Shown piece after piece: positions 12,147 to 24,400 of a stretch of 64,000 nt of DNA; position 1 is the stretch's first letter; the number at the start of each line of letters is the position of its first letter. The DNA comes from Eledone cirrhosa (lineage: Eukaryota), in the NCBI GenBank assembly GCA_964016885.1, contig CAXHJY010001105.1, forward strand, positions 62,001-126,000, written 5' to 3'. The translations under genes and the position numbers were made by a program. Below the pieces are notes generated by a model. The model worked only from the letters and a program-made list of their open reading frames with translations, made no database searches and was not told the DNA's origin.

Positions 12147-12232
12147 CAGGATTGAACTAGTTTTAAACTAGTTAGACTATTCTTCAACAGAGTACTCAAT
12201 ACTTGCGATAGTAAAGTATTTGTATATCTTAC

Positions 12233-12385
12233 CTCATCAGAGCCATCATTGACCTCATGTCGATGACCTTGCTGTGGTCCCTTCTAAAGATTTTGGCCCT
12301 TGATGTGTTTTCATAGGTAAACATGTCCCCATATTTCTTCACCAGTTCATCCTGACCACTGATTTTCATAATTTGTGGGAAATAC
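12233..12385 (-). CDS. PLBD2: Internal coding exon of a phospholipase B-like 2 (PLBD2/LAMA-like, Ntn-hydrolase) gene
   Basis: Translates as YFPQIMKISGQDELVKKYGDMFTYENTSRAKIFRRDHSKVIDMRSMMALMR. From memory this resembles the PLBD2 segment '..SG...LV..YGDWFSY..SPRAQIFRR....V.DMDSM..LMR(YNDF)'. Acceptor is tctgtgttAG|G (AG at 12387-12386) and donor is ATGAG|GTAAG (12232-12228). The exon is 153 bp, phase 2-2. PLBD1 cannot be fully excluded without alignment. Confidence 0.88.
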
Positions 12386-12420
12386 CTAACACAGACCAAC
12401 AGACATAAATATGTTAATAT
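12386..12420 (-). promoter_or_regulatory. 3' splice site: putative branch point, weak pyrimidine tract and AG
   Basis: Minus strand reads ATATTAACATATTTATGTCTGTTGGTCTGTGTTAG|G. The branch-like TATTAAC has its A about 29 nt upstream of the exon. Confidence 0.55.
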
Positions 12421-12428
12421 GAATCTCC

Positions 12429-15400
12429 ACACCCAGTCCACTCTGTAAAGTGGTCATGTAGGTGACACAACAAAAAGTACCCAGTCCACACTGTAAAGTG
12501 GTCATGTAGGTGACACAACAAAAAGTACCCAGTCCACACTGTAAAGTGGTCAGGTAGGTGTCACAACAAAAAGTACCCAGTCCACACTGTAAAGTGGTCA
12601 TGTAGGTGTCACAACAAAAAGTACCCAGTCCACACTGTAAAGTGGTCAGGTAGGTGTCACAACAAAAAGTACCCAGTCCACACTGTAAAGTGGTCATGTA
12701 GGTGTCACAACAAAAAGTACTCAGTCCACACTGTAAAGTGGTCATGTATGTGTCACAACAAAAAGTACCAAGTCCACACTGTAAAGTGGTCATGTAGGTG
12801 TCACAACAAAAAGTACCCAGTCCACACTGTAAAGTGGTCATGTAGGTGACAACAAAAAGTACCCAGTCCACACTGTAAAGTGGTCATGTAGGTGTCACAA
12901 CAAAAAGTACTCAGTCCACACTGTAAAGTGGTCATGTAGGTGTCACAACAAAAAGTACCCACTCCAGACTGTAAAGTGGTCATGTAGGTGTCACAACAAA
13001 AAGTACTCAGTCCACACTGTAAAGTGGTCATGTATGTGTCACAACAAAAAGTACCGAGTCCACACTGTAAAGTGGTCATGTAGGTGTCACAACAAAAAGT
13101 ACCCAGTCCACACTGTAAAGTGGTCATGTAGGTGTCACAACAAAAAGTACCCAGTCTACACTGTAAAGTGGTCATGTAGGTGTCACAACAAAAAGTACCC
13201 AGTCCACTCTGTAAAGTGGTCATGTAGGTGTCACAACAAAAAGTACCCAGTCCACTCTGTAAAGTGGTCATGTAGGTGTCACAACAAAAAGTACCCAGTC
13301 CACTCTGTAAAGTGGTCATGTAGGTGTCACAACAAAAAGTACCCAGTCCACACTGTAAAGTGGTCATGTAGGTGTCACAACAAGAAGTACCCAGTCCACA
13401 CTGTAAAGTGGTCATGTAGGTGTCACAACAAAAAGTACCCAGTCCACACTGTAAAGTGGTCATGTAGGTGTCACAACAAACACCCAGTCCACACTGTAAA
13501 GTGGTCATGTAGGTGTCACAACAAAAAGTACCCAGTCCACTCTGTAAAGTGGTCATGTAGGTGTCACAACAAAAAGTACCCAGTCCACTCTGTAAAGTGG
13601 TCATGTAGGTGTCACAACAAAAAGTACCCAGTCTACACTGTAAAGTGGTCATGTAGGTGTGTTACAACAAAAAGTACCCAGTCTACACTGTAAAGTGGTC
13701 ATGTAGGTGTCACAACAAAAAGTAGCCAGTCCACACTGTAAAGTGGTCATGTAGGTGTCACAGCAAATAGTACCCAGTACACACTGTAAAGTGGTCATGT
13801 AGGTGTCACAACAAAAAGTACCCAGTACACACTGTAAAGTGGTCATGTAGGTGTCACAACAAAAAGTACCCAGTCCACACTATAAAGTGGTCATGTTGGT
13901 GTCACAACAAAAAGTACCCAGTCCACTCTGTAGAATGGTCATGTAGGTGTCACAACAAAAAGTACCCAGTCCACACTGTAAAGTGGTCATGTAGGTGTCA
14001 TGACAAAAAACACCCAGTCCACACTGTAAAGTGGTCATGTAAGTGTCACAACAAAGAGTACCCAGTCCACACTGTAAAGTGGTCATATAGGTGTCACAAC
14101 AAAATGTACCCAGTCCACACTGTAAAGTGGTCATGTAGGTGTCACAAACAAAATGTACCCAGTACACACTGTAAAGTGGTCATGTAGGTGTCACAACAAA
14201 AAGTACCCAGTCCACACTGTAAAGTGGTCATGTAGGTGTCACAACAAAAGTACCCAGTCCACACTGTAAAGTGGTCATGTAGGTGTCACAACAAAAAGCA
14301 CCCAGTCCACACTGTAAAGTGGTCATGTAGGTGTCATGACAAACAACACCCAGTCCACACTGTAAAGTGGTCATGTAGGTGTCATGACAAAACGTACCCA
14401 GTCCACACTATAAAGTGGTCATGTAGGTGTCACAACAAAACGTACCCAGTCCACACTGTAAACTGGTTATGTAGGTGTCACAACAAAAAGCACCCAGTCC
14501 ACACTGTAAAGTAGTCATGTAGGTGTCACAACAAAAAGTACCCAGTCCACACTGTTAAGTGGTCATGTAGGTGTCACAACCAAAAGTACCCAGTCCACAC
14601 TGTAAAGTGGTCATGTAGGTGTCACAACAAAAAGTACCCAGTCCACACTGTAAAGTGGTCATGTAGGTGTCACAACAAAAAGTACCCAGTCCACACTGTA
14701 AAGTGGTCATGTAGGTGTCACAACAAAACGTACCCAGTCCACACTGTAAAGTGGTCATGTAGGTGTCACAACAAACAACATCCAGTCCACACTGTAAAGT
14801 GGTCATGTAGGAGTCACAACAAAAAGTAGCCAGTCCACACTGTAAATTGGTCATGTAGGTGTCACAACAAAAAGTACACAGTCCACACTGTAAAGTGGTC
14901 ATGTAGGTGTCACAACAAAAAGTAGCCAGTCCACACTGTAAAGTGGTCATGTAGGTGTCACAACAAAAAGTACCCAGTCCACACTGTAAAGTGGTCATGT
15001 AGGTGTCACAACAAAAAGTACCCAGTCCACACTGTAAAGTGGTCATGTAGGTGTCACAACAAAAAGTACCCAGTCCACACTGTAAAGTGGTCATGTAGGT
15101 GTCACAACAAAAAGTACCCAGTCCACTCTGTAAAGTGGTCATGTAGGTGTCACAACAAAAAGTAGCCAGTCCACACTGTAAAGTGGTCATGTAGGTGTCA
15201 CAGCAAATAGTACCCAGTACACACTGTAAAGTGGTCATGTAGGTGTGTTACAACAAAAAGTACCCAGTCTACACTGTAAAGTGGTCATGTAGGTGTCACA
15301 ACAAAAAGTACCCAGTCCACACTGTAAAGTGGTCATGTAGGTGTCATGACAAACAACACCCAGTCCACACTGTAAAGTGGTCATGTAGGTGTCATGACAA

Positions 15401-18400
15401 AACGTACCCAGTCCACACTATGAAGTGGTCATGTAGGTGTCACAACAAAAGGTACCCAGTCCACACTGTAAAGTGGTTATGTAGGTGTCACAACAAAAAG
15501 CACCCAGTCCACACTGTAAAATGGTCATGTCAGTGTCACAACAAAAAGCACCCAGTCCACACTGTAAAGTAGTCATGTAGGTGTCACAACAAAACGTACC
15601 CAGTCCACACTGTAAAGTAGTCATGTAGGTGTCACAACAAAAAGTACCCAGTCCACACTGTAAAGTGGTCATGTAGGTGTCACAACCAAAGGTACCCAGT
15701 CCACACTGTAAAGTGGTCATGTAGGTGTCACAACAAAAAGTACCCAGTCCTCACTGTAAAGTGGTCATGTAGGTGTCACAACAAAAAGTACCCAGTCCAC
15801 ACTGTAAAGTGGTCATCTAGGTGTCACAACAAACAACACCCAGTCCACACTGTAAAGTGGTCATGTAGGTGTCACAACAAAAAGTAGCCAGTCCACACTG
15901 TAAAGTGGTCATGTAGGTGTCACAACAAACAACACCCAGTCCACACTGTAAAGTGGTCATGTAGGTGTCACAACAAAAAGCACCCAGTCCACACTGTAAA
16001 GTGGTCATGTCAGTGTCACAACAAAAAGCACCCAGTCCAAACTGTAAAGTGGTCATGTAGGTGTCACAACAAAAAGTACCCAGTCCACTCTGTAAAGTGG
16101 TCATGTAGGTATCACAACAAAAAGTAGCCAGTCCACACTGTAAAGTGCTCATGTAGGTGTCACAACAAAAAGTACCCAGTCCACACTGTAAAGTGGTCAT
16201 GTAGGTGTCACAGCAAATAGTACCCAGTACACACTGTAAAGTGGTCATGTAGGTGTCACAACAAAAAGTACCCAGTACACACTGTAAAGTGGTCATGTAG
16301 GTGTCACAACAAAAAGTACCCAGTCCACACTATAAAGTGGTCATGTAGGTGTCACAACAAAAAGTACCCAGTCCACTCTGTAGAATGGTAATGTAGGTGT
16401 CACAACAAAAAGTACCCAGTCCACACTGTAAAGTGGTCATGTAGGTGTCATGACAAAAAACACCCAGTCCACACTGTAAAGTGGTCATGTAAGTGTCACA
16501 ACAAAGAGTACCCAGTCCACACTGTAAAGTGGTCATATAGGTGTCACAACAAAATGCACCCAGTCCACACTGTAAAGTGGTCATGTAGGTGTCACAAACA
16601 AAATGTACCCAGTCCACACTGTAAAGTGGTCATGTAGGTGTCACAACAAAAAGTACCCAGTCCACACTGTAAAGTGGTCATGTAGGTGTCACAACAAAAG
16701 TACCCAGTCCACACTGTAAAGTGGTCATGTAGGTGTCACAACAAAAAGCACCCAGTCCACACTGTAAAGTGGTCATGTAGGTGTCATGACAAACAACACC
16801 CAGTCCACACTGTAAAGTGGTCATGTAGGTGTCATGACAAAACGTACCCAGTCCACACTATAAAGTGGTCATGTAGGTGTCACAACAAAACGTACCCAGT
16901 CCACACTGTAAACTGGTTATGTAGGTGTCACAACAAAAAGTAGCCAGTCCACACTGTAAAGTGGTCATGTAGGTGTCACAACAAACAACACCCAGTCCAC
17001 ACTGTAAAGTGGTCATGTAGGTGTCACAACAAAAAGCACCCAGTCCACACTGTAAAGTGGTCATGTCAGTGTCACAACAAAAAGCACCCAGTCCAAACTG
17101 TAAAGTGGTCATGTAGGTGTCACAACAAAAAGTACCCAGTCCACTCTGTAAAGTGGTCATGTAGGTGTCACAACAAAAAGTAGCCAGTCCACACTGTAAA
17201 GTGCTCATGTAGGTGTCACAACAAAAAGTACCCAGTCCACACTGTAAAGTGGTCATGTAGGTGTCACAGCAAATAGTACCCAGTACACACTGTAAAGTGG
17301 TCATGTAGGTGTCACAACAAAAAGTACCCAGTACACACTGTAAAGTGGTCATGTAGGTGTCACAACAAAAAGTACCCAGTCCACACTATAAAGTGGTCAT
17401 GTAGGTGTCACAACAAAAAGTACCCAGTCCACACTGTAAAGTGGTCATGTAGGTGTCATGACAAAAAACACCCAGTCCACACTGTAAAGTGGTCATGTAA
17501 GTGTCACAACAAAGAGTACCCAGTCCACACTGTAAAGTGGTCATATAGGTGTCACAACAAAATGTACCCAGTCCACACTGTAAAGTGGTCATGTAGGTGT
17601 CACAAACAAAATGTACCCAGTACACACTGTAAAGTGGTCATGTAGGTGTCACAACAAAAAGTACCCAGTCCACACTGTAAAGTGGTCATGTAGGTGTCAC
17701 AACAAAAGTACCCAGTCCACACTGTAAAGTGGTCATGTAGGTGTCACAACAAAAAGCACCCAGTCCACACTGTAAAGTGGTCATGTAGGTGTCATGACAA
17801 ACAACACCCAGTCCACACTGTAAAGTGGTCATGTAGGTGTTATGACAAAACGTACCCAGTCCACACTATAAAGTGGTCATGTAGGTGTCACAACAAAACG
17901 TACCCAGTCCACACTGTAAACTGGTTATGTAGGTGTCACAACAAAAAGCACCCAGTCCACACTGTAAAGTGGTCATGTCAGTGTCACAACAAAAAGCACC
18001 CAGTCCACACTGTAAAGTAGTCATGTAGGTGTCACAACCAAAAGTACCCAGTCCACACTGTAAAGTGGTCATGTAGGTGTCACAACAAAAAGTACCCAGT
18101 CCACACTGTAAAGTGGTCATGTAGGTGTCACAACAAACAACACCCAGTCCACACTGTAAAGTGGTCATGTAGGTGTCACAACAGAAAGTACCCAGTCCAC
18201 ACTGTAAAGTGGTCATGTAGGTGTCACAACAAAAAGTAGCCAGTCCACACTGTAAAGTGGCCATGTAGGTGTCACAACAAAAAGTACCCAGTCCACACTG
18301 TAAAGTGGTCATGTAGGTGTCACAACAAAAAGTACCCAGTCCACACTGTAAAGTGGTCATGTAGGTGTCACAACAAAAAGTACCCAGTCCACACTGTAAA

Positions 18401-21400
18401 GTGGTCATGTAGGTGTCACAACAAAAAGTACCCAGTCCACTCTGTAAAGTGGTCATGTAGGTGTCACAACAAAAAGTACCCAGTCCACACTGTAAAGTGG
18501 TCATGTAGGTGTCACAACAAAAAGTACCCAGTCCACTCTGTAAAGTGGTCATGTAGGTGTCACAACAAAAAGTAGCCAGTCCACACTGTAAAGTGGTCAT
18601 GTAGGTGTCACAACAAAACGTACCCAGTCCACACTGTAAAGTAGTCATGTAGGTGTCACAACAAAAAGTACCCAGTCCACACTGTAAAGTGGTCATGTAG
18701 GTGTCACAACCAAAAGTACCCAGTCCACACTGTAAAGTGGTCATGTAGGTGTCACAACAAAAAGTACCCAGTCCACACTGTAAAGTGGTCATGTAGGTGT
18801 CATGACAAAACGTACCCAGTCCACACTATAAAGTGGTCATGTAGGTGTCACAACAAAACGTACCCAGTCCACACTGTAAAGTGGTTATGTAGGTGTCACA
18901 ACAAAAAGCACCCAGTCCACACTGTAAAGTGGTCATGTCAGTGTCACAACAAAAAGCACCCAGTCCACACTGTAAAGTGGTCATGTAGGTGTCACAACAA
19001 AACGTACCCAGTCCACACTGTAAAGTAGTCATGTAGGTGTCACAACAAAAAGTACCCAGTCCACACTGTAAAGTGGTCATGTAGGTGTCACAACCAAAAG
19101 TACCCAGTCCACACTGTAAAGTGGTCATGTAGGTGTCACAACAAAAAGTACCCAGTCCACACTGTAAAGTGGTCATGTAGGTCTCACAACAAAAAGTACC
19201 CAGTCCACACTGTAAAGTGGTCATGTAGGTGTCACAACAAAAAGTACCCAGTCCTCACTGTAAAGTGGTCATGTAGGTGTCACAACAAAAAGTACCCAGT
19301 CCACACTGTAAAGTGGTCATGTAGGTGTCACAACAAACAACACCCAGTCCACACTGTAAAGTGGTCATGTAGGTGTCACAACAAAAAGTAGCCAGTCCAC
19401 ACTGTAAAGTGGTCATGTAGGTGTCACAACAAACAACACCCAGTCCACACTGTAAAGTGGTCATGTAGGTGTCACAACAAAAAGTACCCAGTCCACACTG
19501 TAAAGTGGTCATGTAGGTGTCACAACAAAAAGTAGCCAGTCCACACTGTAAAGTGGTCATGTAGGTGTCACAACAAAAAGTACCCAGTCCACACTGTAAA
19601 GTGGTCATGTAGGTGTCACAACAAAAAGTACCCAGTCCACACTGTAAAGTGGTCATGTAGGTGTCACAACAAAAAGCACCCAGTCCACACTGTCAAGTGG
19701 TCATGTCAGTGTCACAACAAAAAGCACCCAGTCCAAACTGTAAAGTGGTCATGTAGGTGTCACAACAAAACGTACCCAGTCCACACTGTAAAGTAGTCAT
19801 GTAGGTGTCACAACAAAAAGTACCCAGTCCACACTGTAAAGTGGTCATGTAGGTGTCACAACCAAAAGTACCCAGTCCACACTGTAAAGTGGTCATGTAG
19901 CTGTCACAACAAAAAGTACCCAGTCCACACTGTAAAGTGGTCATGTAGGTGTCACAACAAAATGTACCCAGTCCACACTGTAAAGTGGTCATGTAGGTCT
20001 CACAACAAAAAGTACCCAGTCCACACTGTAAAGTGGTCATGTAGGTGTCACAACAAAAAGTACCCAGTCCTCACTGTAAAGTGGTCATGTAGGTGTCACA
20101 ACAAAAAGTACCCAGTCCACACTTTAAAGTGGTCATGTAGGTGTCACAACAAACAACACCCAGTCCACACTGTAAAGTGGTCATGTAGGTGTCACAACAA
20201 AAAGTACCCAGTCCACACTGTAAAGTGGTCATGTAGGTGTCACGACAAAAAGTAACCAGTACACACTGTAAAGTGGTCATCTAGGTGTCACAACAAATAG
20301 TACCCAGTCCACACTGTAAAGTGGTCATCTAGGTGTCACAACAAATAGTACCCAGTCCACACTGTAAAGTGGTCATGTAGGTGTCACAACAAAAAGTACC
20401 CAGTCCACACTGTAAAGTGGTCATGTAGGTGTCATGACAAACAACACCCAGTCCACACTGTAAAGTGGTCATGTAGGTGTCACAACAAAAAGTACCCAGT
20501 CCACACTGTAAGGTGGTCATGTAGGTGTCACAACAAACAACACCCAGTCCACACTGTAAAGTGGTCATGTAGGTGTCACAACAAAAAGTACCCAGTCCAC
20601 ACTGTAAAGTGGTCATGTAGGTGTCATGACAAACAACACCCAGTCCACACTGTAAAGTGGTCATGTAGGTGTCACAACAAAAAGTACCCAGTCCACACTG
20701 TAAAGTGGTCATGTAGGTGTCACAACAAAAAGTACCCAGTCCACACTGTAAAGTGGTCATGTAGGTGTCATGACAAACAACACCCAGTCCACACTGTAAA
20801 GTGGTCATGTAGGTGTCACAACAAAAAGTACCCAGTCCACACTGTAAAGTGGTCATGTAGGTGTCACAACAAAAAGTACCCAGTCTACACTGTAAAGTGG
20901 TCATGTAGGTGTCACAACAAAAAGTACCCAGTCCACTCTGTAAAGTGGTCATGTAGGTGTCACAACAAAAAGTACCCAGTCCACACTGTAAAGTGGTCAT
21001 GTAGGTGTCATGACAAACAACACCCAGTCCACACTGTAAAGTGGTCATGTAGGTGTCACAACAAAAAGTACCCAGTCCACACTGTAAAGTGGTCATGTAG
21101 GTGTCACAACAAAAAGTACCCAGTCCACACTGTAAAGTGGTCATGTAGGTGTCATGACAAACAACACCCAGTCCACACTGTAAAGTGGTCATGTAGGTGT
21201 CACAACAAAAAGTACCCAGTCCACACTGTAAAGTGGTCATGTAGGTGTCACAACAAAAAGTACCCAGTCTACACTGTAAAGTGGTCATGTAGGTGTCACA
21301 ACAAAAAGTACCCAGTCCACTCTGTAAAGTGGTCATGTAGGTGTCACAACAAAAAGTACCCAGTCCACTCTGGAAAGTGGTCATGTAGGTGTCACAACAA

Positions 21401-24400
21401 AAAGTACCCAGTCCACTCTGTAAAGTGGTCATGTAGGTGTCACAGCAAATAGTACCCAGTACACACTGTAAAGTGGTCATGTAGGTGTGTTACAACAAAA
21501 AGTACCCAGTCTACACTGTAAAGTGGTCATGTAGGTGTCACAACAAAAAGTACCCAGTCCACACTGTAAAGTGGTCATGTAGGTGTCATGACAAACAACA
21601 CCCAGTCCACACTGTAAAGTGGTCATGTAGGTGTCATGACAAAACGTACCCAGTCCACACTATGAAGTGGTCATGTAGGTGTCACAACAAAAGGTACCCA
21701 GTCCACACTGTAAAGTGGTTATGTAGGTGTCACAACAAAAAGCACCCAGTCCACACTGTAAAATGGTCATGTCAGTGTCACAACAAAAAGCACCCAGTCC
21801 ACACTGTAAAGTAGTCATGTAGGTGTCACAACAAAACGTACCCAGTCCACACTGTAAAGTAGTCATGTAGGTGTCACAACAAAAAGTACCCAGTCCACAC
21901 TGTAAAGTGGTCATGTAGGTGTCACAACCAAAGGTACCCAGTCCACACTGTAAAGTGGTCATGTAGGTGTCACAACAAAAAGTACCCAGTCCTCACTGTA
22001 AAGTGGTCATGTAGGTGTCACAACAAAAAGTACCCAGTCCACACTGTAAAGTGGTCATCTAGGTGTCACAACAAACAACACCCAGTCCACACTGTAAAGT
22101 GGTCATGTAGGTGTCACAACAAAAAGTAGCCAGTCCACACTGTAAAGTGGTCATGTAGGTGTCACAACAAACAACACCCAGTCCACACTGTAAAGTGGTC
22201 ATGTAGGTGTCACAACAAAAAGCACCCAGTCCACACTGTAAAGTGGTCATGTCAGTGTCACAACAAAAAGCACCCAGTCCAAACTGTAAAGTGGTCATGT
22301 AGGTGTCACAACAAAAAGTACCCAGTCCACTCTGTAAAGTGGTCATGTAGGTATCACAACAAAAAGTAGCCAGTCCACACTGTAAAGTGCTCATGTAGGT
22401 GTCACAACAAAAAGTACCCAGTCCACACTGTAAAGTGGTCATGTAGGTGTCACAGCAAATAGTACCCAGTACACACTGTAAAGTGGTCATGTAGGTGTCA
22501 CAACAAAAAGTACCCAGTACACACTGTAAAGTGGTCATGTAGGTGTCACAACAAAAAGTACCCAGTCCACACTATAAAGTGGTCATGTAGGTGTCACAAC
22601 AAAAAGTACCCAGTCCACTCTGTAGAATGGTAATGTAGGTGTCACAACAAAAAGTACCCAGTCCACACTGTAAAGTGGTCATGTAGGTGTCATGACAAAA
22701 AACACCCAGTCCACACTGTAAAGTGGTCATGTAAGTGTCACAACAAAGAGTACCCAGTCCACACTGTAAAGTGGTCATATAGGTGTCACAACAAAATGTA
22801 CCCAGTCCACACTGTAAAGTGGTCATGTAGGTGTCACAAACAAAATGTACCCAGTCCACACTGTAAAGTGGTCATGTAGGTGTCACAACAAAAAGTACCC
22901 AGTCCACACTGTAAAGTGGTCATGTAGGTGTCACAACAAAAGTACCCAGTCCACACTGTAAAGTGGTCATGTAGGTGTCACAACAAAAAGCACCCAGTCC
23001 ACACTGTAAAGTGGTCATGTAGGTGTCATGACAAACAACACCCAGTCCACACTGTAAAGTGGTCATGTAGGTGTCATGACAAAACGTACCCAGTCCACAC
23101 TATAAAGTGGTCATGTAGGTGTCACAACAAAACGTACCCAGTCCACACTGTAAACTGGTTATGTAGGTGTCACAACAAAAAGTAGCCAGTCCACACTGTA
23201 AAGTGGTCATGTAGGTGTCACAACAAACAACACCCAGTCCACACTGTAAAGTGGTCATGTAGGTGTCACAACAAAAAGCACCCAGTCCACACTGTAAAGT
23301 GGTCATGTCAGTGTCACAACAAAAAGCACCCAGTCCAAACTGTAAAGTGGTCATGTAGGTGTCACAACAAAAAGTACCCAGTCCACTCTGTAAAGTGGTC
23401 ATGTAGGTGTCACAACAAAAAGTAGCCAGTCCACACTGTAAAGTGCTCATGTAGGTGTCACAACAAAAAGTACCCAGTCCACACTGTAAAGTGGTCATGT
23501 AGGTGTCACAGCAAATAGTACCCAGTACACACTGTAAAGTGGTCATGTAGGTGTCACAACAAAAAGTACCCAGTACACACTGTAAAGTGGTCATGTAGGT
23601 GTCACAACAAAAAGTACCCAGTCCACACTATAAAGTGGTCATGTAGGTGTCACAACAAAAAGTACCCAGTCCACACTGTAAAGTGGTCATGTAGGTGTCA
23701 TGACAAAAAACACCCAGTCCACACTGTAAAGTGGTCATGTAAGTGTCACAACAAAGAGTACCCAGTCCACACTGTAAAGTGGTCATATAGGTGTCACAAC
23801 AAAATGTACCCAGTCCACACTGTAAAGTGGTCATGTAGGTGTCACAAACAAAATGTACCCAGTACACACTGTAAAGTGGTCATGTAGGTGTCACAACAAA
23901 AAGTACCCAGTCCACACTGTAAAGTGGTCATGTAGGTGTCACAACAAAAGTACCCAGTCCACACTGTAAAGTGGTCATGTAGGTGTCACAACAAAAAGCA
24001 CCCAGTCCACACTGTAAAGTGGTCATGTAGGTGTCATGACAAACAACACCCAGTCCACACTGTAAAGTGGTCATGTAGGTGTTATGACAAAACGTACCCA
24101 GTCCACACTATAAAGTGGTCATGTAGGTGTCACAACAAAACGTACCCAGTCCACACTGTAAACTGGTTATGTAGGTGTCACAACAAAAAGCACCCAGTCC
24201 ACACTGTAAAGTGGTCATGTCAGTGTCACAACAAAAAGCACCCAGTCCACACTGTAAAGTAGTCATGTAGGTGTCACAACCAAAAGTACCCAGTCCACAC
24301 TGTAAAGTGGTCATGTAGGTGTCACAACAAAAAGTACCCAGTCCACACTGTAAAGTGGTCATGTAGGTGTCACAACAAACAACACCCAGTCCACACTGTA

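Noticed and set aside
1-12171. Long V/C/Y/I/M and H/T/Y/I ORFs
   Set aside because: These are translations of TG/TA/CA microsatellites.
1-12227. Next PLBD2 exon (expected to start YND[FY])
   Set aside because: No matching minus-strand sequence was found by eye in the unique segments. It presumably lies left of the window.
12386-12441. N-terminal part (MDWVWRFILTYLCLLVCVR) of ORF 12229..12441 as a signal peptide
   Set aside because: It lies upstream of the AG acceptor and starts inside the satellite, so it is intron read-through. PLBD2 similarity starts at YFPQ.
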